DNA from: Setoptus koraiensis
Taxonomy: Eukaryota; Animalia; Arthropoda
Assembly (NCBI GenBank): GCA_048013815.1
Contig: CM106586.1
Location: 9,300,001-9,364,000, forward strand
Direction: 5' to 3'
Length of the DNA: 64,000 nucleotides
Positions within the stretch are counted from its first letter, which is position 1; every line of letters starts with the position of its first letter. Positions 34,439 through 48,855 of this stretch are shown here, piece after piece. The notes below the pieces were generated by a model. The model did not search any database and had not been told where the DNA came from. It saw only the letters and a list, made by a program, of their open reading frames with translations. Made by a program: the position numbers and the translations under genes.

Positions 34439-37400
34439 CAAACAGAAACGAAAGTTGCAAACGTAACGTTCGTTCGTGCACGTAGATTTCGGTTGTGCAT
34501 CACGGGCATAATCGTTGGCAGGGTATTTATCGGTTGCGGCGACGCAGTTGGCACAAATGGGACCGATCGGAGGCGAGCGAAAGTGGAGAAAAGTTGATTA
34601 GTTTTAGCATTGATTGCTGATTAGTTAGCAAGGGCAAGTTGCACAATGACACACAATTTGGCCGAAATTGGACGGGCCGATATTGAGCGAGATCGATCGG
34701 GTGGCGTGATTGGCCGCTCGATTGATTGATTGACCGTCAATGACGTTCAATCGTCGCCCGGCCAATTCGCCATACAACACCGTTCGCTCGTTATCGCTCA
34801 ATTTGGCTCGCGGGCTCACCCGACCATCGGCCCGCTCGTCCGACCGTTGGCCGGCCCGCCGGCCAGTCGTCAGGGTCAGCGCGGCGAGCGTGAGAACGGA
34901 CTCTCGTCGCCATTCTTGCCGATCGCGCCGTTTCCCTGGCGAGTCGGTCTCGCTGGCAAGCCGCTCTCTCTCTGGCGAGCCGCTGCAACTTGTTGCAATT
35001 CATTGCAATTTATTGAATTATCGGCAGGCACAAAAATAGCCAAAAATGCACGCCAGTGAATAACTTATCGACCCGCCGGCCCGTACCCGACAGCGCGCTT
35101 GTTGTTGTTGCTGCTGGCCGGCCGCGGGCACGACCGTCCGGTTGGCGTCGTTGCCGTCGCTGTGGTTGGCGTCGTCGTTGTCGGTGTTGCTGTTGCCGTT
35201 GTCGGTGTTGCTGTTGCCGTTGTCGGTCGGCATTGTTGCGCAACAAGTGTAACAAGTGCAAATCGTGCGAACGCTCTCAAGCCGGCCGGCCATTGGCGCA
35301 TATCGCACGACTTTTGCTGGCTAGCAGCTCGCAATTGTTATGCTGATTGCAACGCAATTGCCCCTCTATGGGCACGCTAATGAATCTAATTCAAACAACG
35401 AGCATAATAAGAATTCAATTTGGCCGCAATGATGCAAATTCCAGCATCATTATCATTATTATGATTACTGTGTTAGAATCGCCAGGGACACCGCATCATT
35501 TTTCATACTATTCACTGCGTATATTATTTGCGCGCAAATTCTCAGTGCGACTCGCAATTTGTGAGTCACAATAGTCTGACTGAGTGAGATTCGCATGAGA
35601 ATAGCCGAGAATCGGGGGACAGCAACAGCAACAGCTGAACCGTTTTCACCGAGCCCGCAGCTGACCTTTACCTGGCCGGCCGGCCCGCTGACCGTTGGCC
35701 CGGCTAGCTTGGCCCGAGCTGGCTGGCCGAGTGTTGTGCTCACGTTTTTTGCGATAATTGAATGCTCAAAATGAGCGATGATGCTCGCACGCCGGACAGC
35801 TCGTTGTTTCGCGGGCCGGCCGCTCACTCGAGCACGGTTTTGTAAGTAACGGTTTCGCGGGCAGCGGCTTCGTAAGTGACGGTTGCGTCCAGAGGAAGGG
35901 TGCAAACTGAAGCGTTTTCATTCGGGCATAATTCTCTTTCGGGCTCGAATAATAATAGTAATAACGCGTTCGTTACCATTATTATATGTATTATTGCTTG
36001 TATTATTGCTCGAACAAGGCCCATTCGTCGGCTCGCCAGCCGCAAGTGAATGAAACATTGTGAGCCGAGCCGAAACATGTTATATCGAAATATTGCCTGT
36101 TCCGTGCGTCTTCACAATGGTTACGCAACGGCGCATCCGTTACCTGGTTCGGTCAATACGTAACGTGATCAATGGCACACATTATTGCATAATAGCATCC
36201 ATGTGAGTGGCTATTTGAGGCCATTTGAATACACTCAGCTGACTGTCAGTGTGTATGTAATGGCACAATGGGCAAAACAAACAAATTTACTCTCGGCCGG
36301 TTTGATAACTCACACTGGCCACTGTGAGTAATCGGACTGATTCCGGCAACAATTCACCGCCATTCAATTGCGACCGGCCTCACGTAACGTCTGACATTAT
36401 ATGCGCTATCTGACGTAACGGCCCGAGCCTCAACTAACGGTCGCTCGAGATTGTTCAGTCACAGTATGTTTATTATGCAATACTGGCCGTGCACAGTCTG
36501 TTCAATGTTGTCCGGCAGTATAATGCGGATCAGCAACGAGCAAGGTGAGCGATGGCCATGGTAAATCACGACGATCACGTTAATAGCGCAGCCCCCAAGT
36601 TAATTAGCATCATCGCTTGATTGCACCGCCGCTTGCCGGCACCGTCGCTCGCTTGCACCGCTGCATCTTTGCATCTTTGTATCGCTGGCATAATGCAAGT
36701 CGCATGAGAGGCCGGCACAGGTGAGTGGCAGTGCGCGCTGATTAGTAAATAATAATAAAACACAATACAAAGTATACAAATGCCCTCACCGGCTGCTCAC
36801 TGGCTCGCCGCGTCTGCAGCATCATGCTGCTGCATCATGTTGCTGCATCGTTGATGATGCAGCAGCCGTTACGTAACAGATGCAAGTTGCATGTGTTACG
36901 TAACGGCTGCAAAATAACTGTAAATACTGTCTGCTGATCACACAACTTTGTGTGGCTGCCGGGACATGCCGTGTCCAGATATACGCATCGGGGCACAGGG
37001 CAGGCCTTAAACAGCCTTAAACAGCCGCCAGTCGGCTCACGACCTGGCCGGCGCATTTTTATTTTATTCTCATTTTATCTCGTTCATTTTATCTTTTGTG
37101 CCATCGTTTCTGGCCCAACAAACGGCGCCACAATTGCCAGACTTTGCATCACTTTTGCGCCCGCTCGCCAGAGACAAAAGTGGCAGCAGCAAGCGATTCA
37201 ATTCCATTTAAATTGAGCATGGCTCATTATGCAACAACGCAGCCATACTCGCCAGTCCAATCCTGCCTGTGATACTGCCAGCGATACTACCTGCATAGCA
37301 CAGGTAACTACCTGTGGAGACTTCTTTTCTCGCCCCATCGCCGTTGTTCTCTCGCCGCGTCGCCGCTCTGTTCTCGCGGCGCCGGCCCAACTGTTCGGCC

Positions 37401-39396
37401 AACAGGTCGCGACTTATCCGTTTGTCCGTTTGTGGTCCGTCCATTCGCCCATCTGTCGGCTTATAATGTCGCCCCATGTCCGTGTGCCGGCCAGTAGATG
37501 TCGCGCGAGCAGATGAGTGAGCAGCCAAGTATCACTGCACGAATTCATCATGTCGCACTCCGTTGGCCGACACTGTTGTAATGGCACAATAATTGTCATT
37601 GGGCTCGTTGATGCGCAAACAGACGCTCACATTCACCTGTCGAATTGGCGTGTATTCCACTCAAGTTGAATGGTGTGTGGTTGCATCACTGATTGCGTCA
37701 TTCATCATTCAATGAATGCTTGTGTGTTGGGCGCCGCTATCAACAGTCATTACGTAATGATTGTTGGACATTGGCTAGATGTTGCATGAAATATGTTGCG
37801 TCATGCATATGTTATGAGATGTGTATTAAACGTTAAAACTTACAAGTTAAAAGTCTCAAGTGGCCACTCGACAGGCGCAAGGCGGGCTAATATTGAACGC
37901 TAATATTATACGTAATATTATGTAATATTATAAGTAATATTATGTAATATTATTACGTTTCGCAAACAGTGAGTTGTGTGTCCGGCGGCAAACATTGCTG
38001 TCGATGATGAGACACGAACAAGTGTCATTTGCGTCAATCTTTTGCCGCTTTCTTTCGCTGGCGCGCTCGCTGTGCCAGTTAGCCAGCGATACACACAACA
38101 GAGATAGATGGATTACGTCATTGTCATGCTAATGAGCCAATGTATATATCAGTAATGAGCGGCATTATCAGTGGCATGAGCGGCGGCATTATAATTATTG
38201 CAACGGCCAAGTGGGCCTAATTGATGACCAATGAATTGTGTTTGCATGCGCCGGTCTTGCCAACGGTCACTGTTGAACGGTCACTGTTGAGCAAACTTTT
38301 TGCAGCGGTTCCTGGTGAACGGAACTTTTTGCAGCAACAACGGCAACAGTTTGCTGATCGATCATCACTCTTAATGAGTTATTAGCATTGACGGCAGCGC
38401 CAGCATCATGTAATTGAGACATGTTAATATGCTGCCAGCGACGCTCGAGCAGCAACAAGCTGAAACAATTGCCGTCATCGCAAATTACACGACGCACACC
38501 ATTCAACAAACAAATTAAATCAAATCAAATCAAGCCAAATTAAGATTGCGCATTGCACATAATTATTACTACATAATTGCATAATCATGGGCTCATTACG
38601 ACGTTGGCCGTTGCATCATTGTGTTGTTGTTGTCGCTGCCGTTGTTGTAGCCGCTGTTGTTGCAGTGATTGCTTGTCGGACGGACACGCTAGCCAACGAG
38701 CAAATTCAACATTTTAAGAGCGGATCGACGGACACATTCGTTTCGTCAGGCGCAAACACGAACAACAATTGCAAACACAAAACACAATCGCTGGATAAAA
38801 CAAATGAGGCTACCTGCGGGTTGCATCATCATGCGTCTGTGATTCGCAAACTGTGATTCGCAAACTATGATTCGCAAACTGTGACTTCTAGGCACAAAAT
38901 ACCATTCATAAATGTGTGCGAGTTACGTCAGTGCGGCTGTTGGCCTGAATACAACCAGCCCGTTGGTCACTCATTTAAAACAAAAGCGGCGGCCACTTGT
39001 TGCCGATCTCGTTGATTGCGTCACTTTTCAATGTGCGCATCCCCCCCGCCCGCCAATGGCATTGGATCGACGGCGAGCGATCAGATTGAACTTTGTTGCA
39101 CATTCGCACTGTACGAATGCATTGCGCGCCAGTCGGGGACCCTGGGCTCAAAATATCCCATGAAATATCCCGCAAAATACCCCGTAAAACATGCCGCAAA
39201 ATATTCCGTAAAACATCCCGCGAAATATCTCGTAAAATGGCCCACTAAGTAGCCCAAAGTGCTCGCAATATTAAGCGTGACGAGGGTTGGTCGACAGGGC
39301 CCAGTGGGCAATAAACTGACCGAATGAACTGACTAAGTAAACTGACCGCATAAACCGACCGGACAAACTGACCGGATAAACTAAAATGCTACTCAC

Positions 39397-39590
39397 CTCG
39401 GGAGAATTGTCGTTGATGTCCATCACGTTGATGTCGACGCGCGCCAGCGCCTGCCTGAACGGATTGTCCACTTGCGAGGCCTGAATTTGCAAGCTGAGCA
39501 CGGGGTTCGTCAGCCGCTCCAAATCTATCTCCCTAATTAGGAATATTTCACCACTCTGAGCATTCATTTCGAAGAATCCGCCCTCGTTTC
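39397..39590 (-). CDS. Cad89D: Cadherin exon
   Basis: GNEGGFFEMNAQSGEIFLIREIDLE...LQIQASQVDNP...MDINDNSPE; phases 1 to 0. Confidence 0.93.
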
Positions 39591-40126
39591 CTGTGAGTCG
39601 TGTGTATTTTGTGCGTGAATAATGGTCGGTTCGCAGTGACGGCCATTGCAATGGCGGCCGCGATGAGCAGGCGAGTCAAGGTACAAGTGGTGAGTATAAA
39701 TTGGCAAAGTTGAAAATAATCGGAGCAGCAGCGCCATTAGCATATTGGCTCTGTCCAGTCCGGCCGACATGATTGTCGGTCGACATTAGTAATGGCGGCC
39801 TCGCACCGGCGTTGCCAGTGGCGCGCAGTTGGCTAATTTGCATATTGTTTATGCTCTACATAATCATTATCGTCGTCATGCTTTGCTCGCCGGCGCCAAG
39901 ACGCCGGCGATCTGTCTACACGCATCAGTGGTGCAGTTGATCAAGATAGATCACGGGCCAAACGGCGCGAGCACAAGCAACGGCACGATTTTTGCGGGCC
40001 AAACTGCGCCAATTTTGTGCCATTTCGCGCCGATTTTGTGCCATTTCGCCCCGATTTTCGCCAATTTGCGCCAATTTTGCACAACAACAACAAATAGTGA
40101 CGCAACTATTGCGCAATAGTACCTAC

Positions 40127-40226
40127 CCAACACAATGCTGTAGCGCAACCGCGCATTTATGCCTGTGTCCTGATCGAAGGCTAGGATGGCCGGCTCCACG
40201 AGCACTTTCTCACGGATTCGTTTGCC
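40127..40226 (-). CDS. Cad89D: Cadherin exon
   Basis: GKRIREKVLVEPAILAFDQDTGINARLRYSIVL; phases 0 to 1. Confidence 0.9.
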
Positions 40227-40244
40227 CTATTTCAGCGCATTTTC

Positions 40245-40380
40245 GGGGTGATATATGGGGCGATATATGGGGTGATTTATGGGGCGATATATGGGGTGAT
40301 TTATGGGGTGATATATGGGGTGATATATGGGGTGATATATGGGGTGATATATGGGGCGATATATGGGGCGATATATGGGG
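40245..40380. repeat. 12-bp tandem repeat (GGGGYGATWTAT), about 11 copies
   Basis: Read directly; ends about 18 nt before the acceptor at 40227 on the minus strand. Confidence 0.92.
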
Positions 40381-40499
40381 AAGACACGAGAATCGTTAGA
40401 TCATGTTGCTTGTACGGAGACCGGCGCTAGAAACTGGCGGCCAGAATGGGTGCGAGGCGAGCAAAGTTGCACACTTGGCGACAGATGGCGCCAACTTAC

Positions 40500-40573
40500 C
40501 GTTATTTGAGCCGATTCCGACACGCTGGCCGTGTATACTTCGTGCGAGAATATGGGATTCTGGTCGTCGGCGT
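40500..40573 (-). CDS. Cad89D: Cadherin exon
   Basis: DADDQNPIFSHEVYTASVSESAQIT; phases 1 to 0. Confidence 0.9.
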
Positions 40574-43500
40574 CTACAATTTGCGGCGCAAATACAAATG
40601 GGTGACACGATAATGGAGTGATGAGAGTGACGAAAATGGCGAGAGTGACGGCAATGGCGAGAGTGATGCGCAATGCGAGCGGGAGACTCCCGACGGGAGA
40701 GGTCAGCGGGGGCGAGCCGATTCGGGACGAACTGACGCTTGGATTGGTGCGACGAGTTTATCGCAAGTTGTGGCCGGACGGGCCGATATTCGCAGCAATT
40801 GTTGTGTGCCAGAGGGTGCCATGGGCGAGGTCGCCTGGCGGCCAGAGAGCGACTCACTTGCCGTTCAAGTTGCGCAAGTGGCCAGTGGCCAGCGACAGCA
40901 AAACAAACGGCCGGCGACAACAGGTGAGCCGCCGGTCGCAGCAGCAGGCTGTCGGCGAACCTATTTTTGCATTCGAAGCATCGACAACAGCCAACCGGCG
41001 GCTGATTGGAAGCGTCGACGGCATCGGAAGCTTCGAGGGCGTCGATTTGGAGGCTTCGAGAGCGTCCATTCGAAGGCTTCGAAAGCGTTGAGATTCGAAC
41101 GACGAATTCGCGACGAGTCGCTGAAACGCTGAATAGCGCGCCATGAATAGAGAACGACGCTGACGTTGAGGACGACGCTAATTAATGGCGCTGCAGCTCG
41201 CTATTCATCGGCGCTATTTATAACGCCATTCATAGCGCTATTTACGGAACGTTATGTGGGTACAGCTCATTAATGTTGGCTTGCATTAATGAGTTGGCTT
41301 GCTGTTGGTGGTCGGTCGGCGCCGCCGGTCAGCCGAGCCGCCGGTGGGCCGGCGGTCGTCGGACGGCCGTGCCACAGTGGGCCAGTTGTCCACCGGCAGT
41401 CGGCCGGCAGTCGGCCAACGATCAGTTGGGCCAACGGTCAGTTTGGCGGCGGTAACAAGTGCAAACGCATTATTTTGACAAGTCTCCGGCCAGGCGAACT
41501 GTGCGATCGAGCGCCGTTTATCGCGCCGTCTAGCCAGCGATAAAAACAGTTGTTATCTCTCTGGCAAGCGAGCACTGGCAAGCGAGTGATGGCAAGCGAG
41601 CGATGGCGAGCCAGCGCCGAACAGTCGCGCCACCGTCATGTTTGTTTGTCTTTACAGTTTGTGTCAGACGGCGGCCGTTATCCGTTATCGCGCACATAAC
41701 ACTGTCTAGTCGATGCGGGCCGCCTAGCGGGACGCTGCCAGCGCCGCTCGGTCGGAGCGGACACACACACACGACAACAATCTGGGCGCTTGACTCATTT
41801 TTATCATGCCCATCGTATCATATCATATCATACGATTCATATGTTTCCGTTATTCCGCTTGCTCGGCGCCCGTTTGCCGCCGCCTCGGTCTCGCTGTGGA
41901 GTCCGCAGTGCGGAGTGCAAAATGTGCACTTGCACTTGCTGAGACGCCAACAGGTAGTTGCAGGCTAGTGTGTCGCGGTATTTGCTGTTCGCATTGCGAT
42001 GTCCGGCGAATTGCGGCCGACCGCGGCCGAAAACGCGCCGCCAAGCATAGACCCGTGCGGTCAGTGATTGCGCCGATTGCGGACGCCGCAGCGGGGATAA
42101 CGCCAAAGCCGGGGTAAAGCCAGAGCGGGGATAACGCCAAGGCGGGGATAATGCAGCCATGACAAGGCACTGATTAGGGCCCGTCGAGAGTGCGCCAATA
42201 ACGAGCGGAAACAAGCGAGCGGTAAGACCGACAATTTGTTTCGGCTAGACGGCGATTGGGCAGCCGAACAGCTGACGGCGCATATCTGCATAATGGTGTC
42301 GATGCGGCAACACTGTAACAGGGTATAAATGATGGTGGTGGTCACTATTGCGTCATCATGACATGCTAATGACATTAGCAGTGACAACAGTGATACATAC
42401 ACAGGCCACAACAGCGATTGGCAACAGGTGAGTGTGCTGTTGACGCGCATAATCAGCTGCTCATCAGCGGCATGACAGGCGTCACCGTTACACAATTTGT
42501 GGCTCTCACAAGTTGTGACTTACGTAACAAGTTGTGACTTACGTAACAAGTTGTGACTTACATAACAAGCCGTGGCTCAAGTGACGGAGTGAGCGAGCGC
42601 GACAACAATAATAGAAGAGAGTGAGAAAAAGACGGACACAACAAGCAGCTGATCGCAGTCAGCTGACTGCCAAAATTTGACAGCCGCACATTTGGACAGG
42701 CGCACTTTGGCCAGCAGTCAGTGTGTGTGTAAAGTGTCGGCCGGCAACAATGCGATATCATCGACAGGGGTGGTCACACCTAATGATGACATAATCGGCC
42801 TGAACAAAACAACCGGCACTGGCCGCGCATCATAAATCACATCGTGCTCTGTCGCAATGATTGCGAGTCACAATTTGTGAGTCACAAGCCGACAATCTCA
42901 ACTTGAGAGTCGCAATTGCGACTCTCAAGTTGAGTCGTCAGTCGTTTTGTTTGTGCACTCTCCCATCGATAAATTATATTATCGACAATATGATATCGAC
43001 GCACTCACATAATCACATTAGCCCATGGGCATGCCGCTAACAGGAAGTGACCAAGTGCAAGTGATGTCGCATTAGCATCGCATCAACTGCCATCAGCTGT
43101 TTAGTGGCTGCACTAACGCCGGTGTGCAAGTGGCCGCAAGAGGGCACATTTCAAATAAATCTCGACAGTCTCGATATCCTCTCCAAACGATATCCATTTG
43201 GCCTCATTGCGGGGGCGCGCGTCGTGACGCAACACAAACTGCAACATGATCTGTTGTTTTTATTATGGCAACTCTATTATGTTGCTATATGAAGTTGGCT
43301 TGTCATAAACATCTGCAACGGGCCGCGGCCGACACGGCAAATGCCCGACAAGACGTTGTGCCCAGATGCGGGTAAATGTAACAATGGAATCACTTTGTCC
43401 GCCACAGTCTGTCGAAAGTGCTGCCAGCGCTTATTTTGAAGGGCACAATATTGGGCATTTTCAGCATGGGCTCGCCACGGGCGCAGCGGCTCGGCCCGTG

Positions 43501-45416
43501 GCACGCCCATGTCTCATAGACTATGGGTCACAGATTGTGACTCACAGTGGTCAAGTTGCCCAAATTGTTGCGCAACCCGCAGCAAAATGCTAACGATGGT
43601 TGTAGACTCTACAGTGTAAAGGACAGCCATCGTTAGCATTCAATCTGGGCGAAATGCCCAGATTTCTCACTGTCCATCACAAAATACCCTAACATTAATA
43701 TTTGCAGTGGTGGCAGAATGTGTTGCGTCAGCTAAGGTCGTGTTGTGATTGTTGCTCGGCGGCTGGCCGGCGTCATGTTGGCAATGCCACACCGGCGCAC
43801 ACCGACGAAAAGAATCGCCGGCAAGTCTCACGGCAATCGAAGAGAAAACAAAATACTCATATGTAATCATGGATAAATATACTGTTGCAAAACTGACACA
43901 CATATACGGTATATATACGGTGGTCAGTGGCAACGAGACGCATCTCGTTTCTCAGCAACATCCAGCCATTATGTAATATGTTGCGCGATGCATTATGTAA
44001 CATGTTGTGCGATGCATTATGTAACATGTTGTGCGATGTATGGCCGGTTGTCTGGCCGGCGTCGGCGGCTTGCAGGCTGTCGGCATGGCGAGACGGGATC
44101 GGATATCTCGTTGCCGCTATCGAGTGGCAGCAAACAAGCCGATGGACGCAACAAGTTAACGGTCCAGTGAGCCGACGAGTCACGACTATTACATATTGAT
44201 CAATTTGCTAAAGATAGACTCATCATGCTGCCAGCGACACAGTTTAGCCCCGATGTTGCACTGGACACATCGGCCGCACTGGACACATCGGCCGCAGTGG
44301 CCTTGTTGGCCGGCAGTGCAAATTGGCCGCAAAATGCAGCCGCTGAGCAACGGCGGCGCCGCAAGAGAAGTGATTCGATCTTCGGGCAGTCGCGATGGCC
44401 GCTGCGAGCGTCGCAATTCGCCGAGAAATTCCTCTCGAATTTCGAAACTCGCCTCTCTAATTCCTCAAAGTTCGAAGCTCGTATTTCGAAGTTCGCATTT
44501 CAAAGTTCGCAACTCGCAGTGCGAGCGGCATTCTCACGGCGAGTCGCGCCGGGCCGGCAACGCAGCCAGCATTCGCGACGCCCGGCGCCGCATTGACAAA
44601 TCAATCAATTATGCCATCAATCAAGCGAGCTCTGCCCCGAAAAACCAATCACATGTTGCATCACTATTACATAACCCTGTTGTGTGCCGTGGTTGCGCAA
44701 TAGTTTCACTCTTGTCGGCTCGATTTGTTACGCAACGCCGACGTGCTGTCGCGTCGTGGTTGGCGCATGGGCGAAAATATGTGCGCGATAAATGCGAGCG
44801 AGGCGAGAAATGTGGGGCCAGTGGAAATTTCCGAGCGCCAGATCATGCGCGACCAATCGCCCGCCGAGCCCGCAATGTTGCCGGCCAGCTAATCGCGATT
44901 TATCGCCAGCTCGACATCATTTTTCAACAAATCAATGACCTGTTATATATACATTTGTTTGTTATATATATATATATACCGTCATACATGCCGTTATATA
45001 TACCGTTATAACACCGTTATATGTGCACTGTTATCTGAGGGCTGCTGGCAATAATAACAGTCGCGAGCTCAGATCACCTGGTGGCCGTTTTCGGTGCGCA
45101 TGGTCAGTGGAACAATGGTCAGCTGGCACGACTTTTCGGCCGAGCCGGGCACTGGCCGAAGCCTCGTTAGCCGGCCAGTGCCCGGTTTGGCCAGCGACTC
45201 AGCTGATGGGAGCTCGCCGTTGAGTTGCCCGTTGCCGTTAAATAATGTGATTAGTGGCTGCAATATGATGCGCACGAGCTGGCCGGGTCAAGGACAGACA
45301 GAGAGTTGGTCAATTGAATTGGTAGTGGAGCTTAGAATTCGGAGCGATCGCATTGGCGCTCCAAATTATAAACTGCAAATTATCGACTTTATTTAGCCAA
45401 CCAACAATGAGCCAAT

Positions 45417-45510
45417 CATGACATTACATGACGCAACACGACATTACATGACGCAACATGACACTACATGACGCAACATGACATTACATTGGGCAACACG
45501 ACATTACGTT
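45417..45510. repeat. 20-bp tandem repeat (ACATTACATGACGCAACAYG), about 4 copies
   Basis: Read directly. Confidence 0.8.
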
Positions 45511-47302
45511 TGGCAACAGGTGACTCCAAAGTGACCAATGGACGCTGTTTATTGTTGTTGTTGTTGTTGCTGTTGCTGTTGAGCGGGTCGGCGTGACAGC
45601 TTTGGGTGGCAGCACCTTCGATCAGCTGCTCAGGTAGCGGTCGCACTGACAGTGGCCGCTCACTGGTGATGATCGGGGCGCCATTAGAAGCTGTCAATTA
45701 GCCGGCCGTGCACCAGCAGCAGCATGCTCACACGTCATGGCATCATATAACATGGTTACGTAACAGGCCACTGCAATTGTCAGGCAGCGTGATGATGGTC
45801 TAATTGACATTGACTGTCGCTAACTTTTGGTTGTTTGGCTCAAAGTGGGTGCGAGTGATTCACACTGCGAGTGATTCACAAGTTGCGAAGTCTCGCAACT
45901 CACAGGCAGTTGAGAGCGGTTCGCAGAGACAGCGCGTCCAATGAGAAGCCTTTGTTTCAAAAGCAATTATCGCGTCGCCAGGCTCGATTTAAATCTCGGA
46001 TATTGTCGATAGTGCGACACGATAGCCGCACAGTTGGTTGCACAGTTGGCTGCACAGTTGGTCGCAGTGTTCGGGTGGTCAAGTTCAGGGTGCTCTCGTT
46101 GCGTTGGCTGGCACAACTTGTGAGGCCGCCTGTATTATCAATCAGGCTGCACATCAATCTCACAATCAATAATATATGGTGGCCAGTGTAACGGTCAACG
46201 GTGTCTACAACTAGCATACATAACGTACATAACTAGTGGCCCGCTAGCGGCAACAGGTGAAACAAGAGACAACAGGTGAGCTGCTCGGTTTGTTGAACAG
46301 TTCAGTTGCACTTTGGGTGCGCTTTGGTCACACCAACTTGGTTAATAATCGGATGTGCGAACAATGGCGAAAAGTTGTGAGCTCGCCTGACACTTGACTT
46401 TCGCCACTCGCCACCCTTCGGCCGGCCAACAGCTGATCGGCTTGACAACAGTTGATCGGCTCGACAACAGCTGATCGGCTTGACAACAGTTGACTGGCTC
46501 GACAACAGCTGATCGGCCTGCAGTTGATCGGCCAACAGCTGATCGGTTGACAGTTGATTGGTGTGCAGTTGATCGGCTCGACAACAGCCAGATTGACTGG
46601 TGGCCGGCTGCAAAGTGACAGCGGGCACAGGTGAGCATGGTGATATGGCACAAGAAACAATTTGTGTGCTGTCTCTCTGCCTGGTGGCAGCATAGACATA
46701 ATAATATTTGCACAAGTATAATGCTTGCGCTGTGCAATAATAATGTCACGTAATAATAATGTTACGTAATAATAATTGTGAGTCGGGTGCGCATCAAACT
46801 GCTCACAAGCCACTTTCGCGTTTTGCCAAATTTTGTTTGACAAAAGAGGCGCCGAAAGGGTTGCCAGTGCACACCCGACCGATCAGCTGCTTGTCACCGA
46901 TCAGCTGCTTGTCGCCGATCGGCCGGCCGCTGGTCAGCTGAGCGGCGGCCAGAATGACAGGTATATGAGAGTGTGAGACAGCAAGTGTTACGACGACAAG
47001 CGCGCTGCTTATGTCACTTGAATCTGTTGTGGTGTTATTATGCGAGCAACGCTGTTACAAGTCGGCTATCGCCACTGCACAACAGGTTGCGAGCGACTCA
47101 CAGTGAGTCACTCACAGTGAGTGTGTGTGTGTGTGTGTGTCGTAGTCAAGTGCAACACACACACACACACACGACAGTGAGAGCGAGCGACGAGTCGCTT
47201 ATTAAGTTGAAACAAACAGATGATCTTGCGTCTTGAATAATGAATGACGCCGACAATGACGCCGACAATGACGCAATGAATAGAGCGAGACTTTCAACTT
47301 AC

Positions 47303-47357
47303 CTTTCACTTTGATGGTCATGGTTGTGACCGAGCTCAGCGTCGGACTTCCGTGATC
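47303..47357 (-). CDS. Cad89D: Cadherin exon
   Basis: DHGSPTLSSVTTMTIKVK; phases 0 to 1. Confidence 0.88.
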
Positions 47358-48557
47358 CTGATGATTCGCACACACACACACACGATAGCATCAGCGGTGA
47401 CCAGATGAGAGATGATTTAATACACGATGATGACGACCATTGAGTTAGCCACGCAACCAGCGCCAACAGGCAACAGGCAACAGGTGAATGAATAAGTGCA
47501 CAGGTGAGCGTCGGCCGAGCCAATTGGGCGAGCAAAGTGAGAAAAGAGGAGAGTTGTCAATTTGTTAGAACAGTTATTACGGTTGCAGTATCATACTTGT
47601 ACGGTTATGCTTGACTGCTGGCACAGCCGCTCACGTATATTGTGTTGTTACGTAAGTTATTATTGTGCTTGCTTGCTGTGTTTGTTTGTTGAGTGTGTCT
47701 TGTTGCGAATGGACTTCACACTCGGACTGTCCGAGTCGAACAGCGACAGCAACGACAGCAGCGACAGCGCCAACACCAACGGCGACGGGCGCAATCCCGA
47801 CAAAACTCGAGCAACTCGAGGACGACGCAAACCCTTGGCAAACCGTTGGCGCGGCCAGCGCCAACCGACGACCGGTCGGCGACGGTCAGCCGCGCTAACT
47901 AGCGCAGCCAACTGACAAACCGCTGGTGAGTGCCCGCCGACAGCCAGCGACAAGAATGGCCGCGCAATCGTCTAATTGTTTGCCCAGACCGAGCTGTTGC
48001 GTTGTGTCCGTCATATCGCTTTTTATTTATTTATTGTTGTTGTGCTCGGCATGAAATATAATGGCCGCAAGTGTGTTGCTCGTTCGTTAGTTTGTTCATT
48101 CGTTAATTGTTATTAATCAGTCAGTTATTAAGAGTCACTTATTGCGAGGGTCGGTCACTGTTGTTGCTGTCGCTGTCGTCGTGGTTGCTGTTGTTGTTGT
48201 CGTTTTCGGTGCCGGTGTCGCTGCTGTTGTTGTTGTTGCGAGCGAGCCAGCCGGCCACTTGGCGATCATCATCAGTTATCATTCGCTGCGAGTCACTTTC
48301 GGCCAGTCCGCTCTGGCGAGACCGTTACCGACGGTCGCTGGTCAGCGCTCGCTGGGATGAGTCAGTTAGCGAGCTAACTAGCTCATCCCGGCAAATATAA
48401 TAATATAATATAATGGCCGGCCGAGACAGGATGTGTGACTTGTTCATTGGGTGATACATTAATTGATAATAATTGCCAGCGGCCCATTGCTGTTGTCTGT
48501 CACTTGGCTTCGCTGATGCCCGCTGATGCTCGCTGGTGCTCGCTGATGCTCGCTGAT

Positions 48558-48638
48558 ACTCGCCGATATTTGGCGAGACTCGCCGATATTTGGCGAGACT
48601 CGCTGATATTTGGCGAGACTCGGCGATATTTGGCGAGA
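48558..48638. repeat. 20-bp palindromic tandem repeat (ACTCGCCGATATTTGGCGAG), 4 copies
   Basis: Read directly; head-to-tail, no spacers. Confidence 0.88.
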
Positions 48639-48735
48639 CCGGCGCAACACGGTGTGCGTATCGTCAATCATTATTAATATTAATATCTTTCATTAGCTGG
48701 CTGCCATTAGTTGCGCTACCGGCGCCACTACTCAC

Positions 48736-48855
48736 CGATGCCTGTATTTGTATCTTGAATTCGCGACTGCCGTGATCGTAATCGAGAGCCTTGTTTATCA
48801 CTAGAATGCCCTCGATGGGATCGGATAAAATGAACGAATCGTTCTCGTTTCCACC
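48736..48855 (-). CDS. Cad89D: Cadherin exon
   Basis: GGNENDSFILSDPIEGILVINKALDYDHGSREFKIQIQAS; phases 0 to 0. Confidence 0.92.

Noticed and set aside
40965-41110. TTCGAA-rich cluster (also 44440-44520) as heat-shock elements
   Set aside because: Spacing mostly fails nGAAnnTTCnnGAAn; no triple array.
44196-45011. 271-aa plus-strand intronic ORF
   Set aside because: Non-ATG start, crosses tandem repeats, Arg/Ser-rich random-like composition in GC-rich DNA.
48558-48638. Palindromic 20-bp repeats resembling CRISPR
   Set aside because: No spacers, no cas genes, eukaryotic intron.
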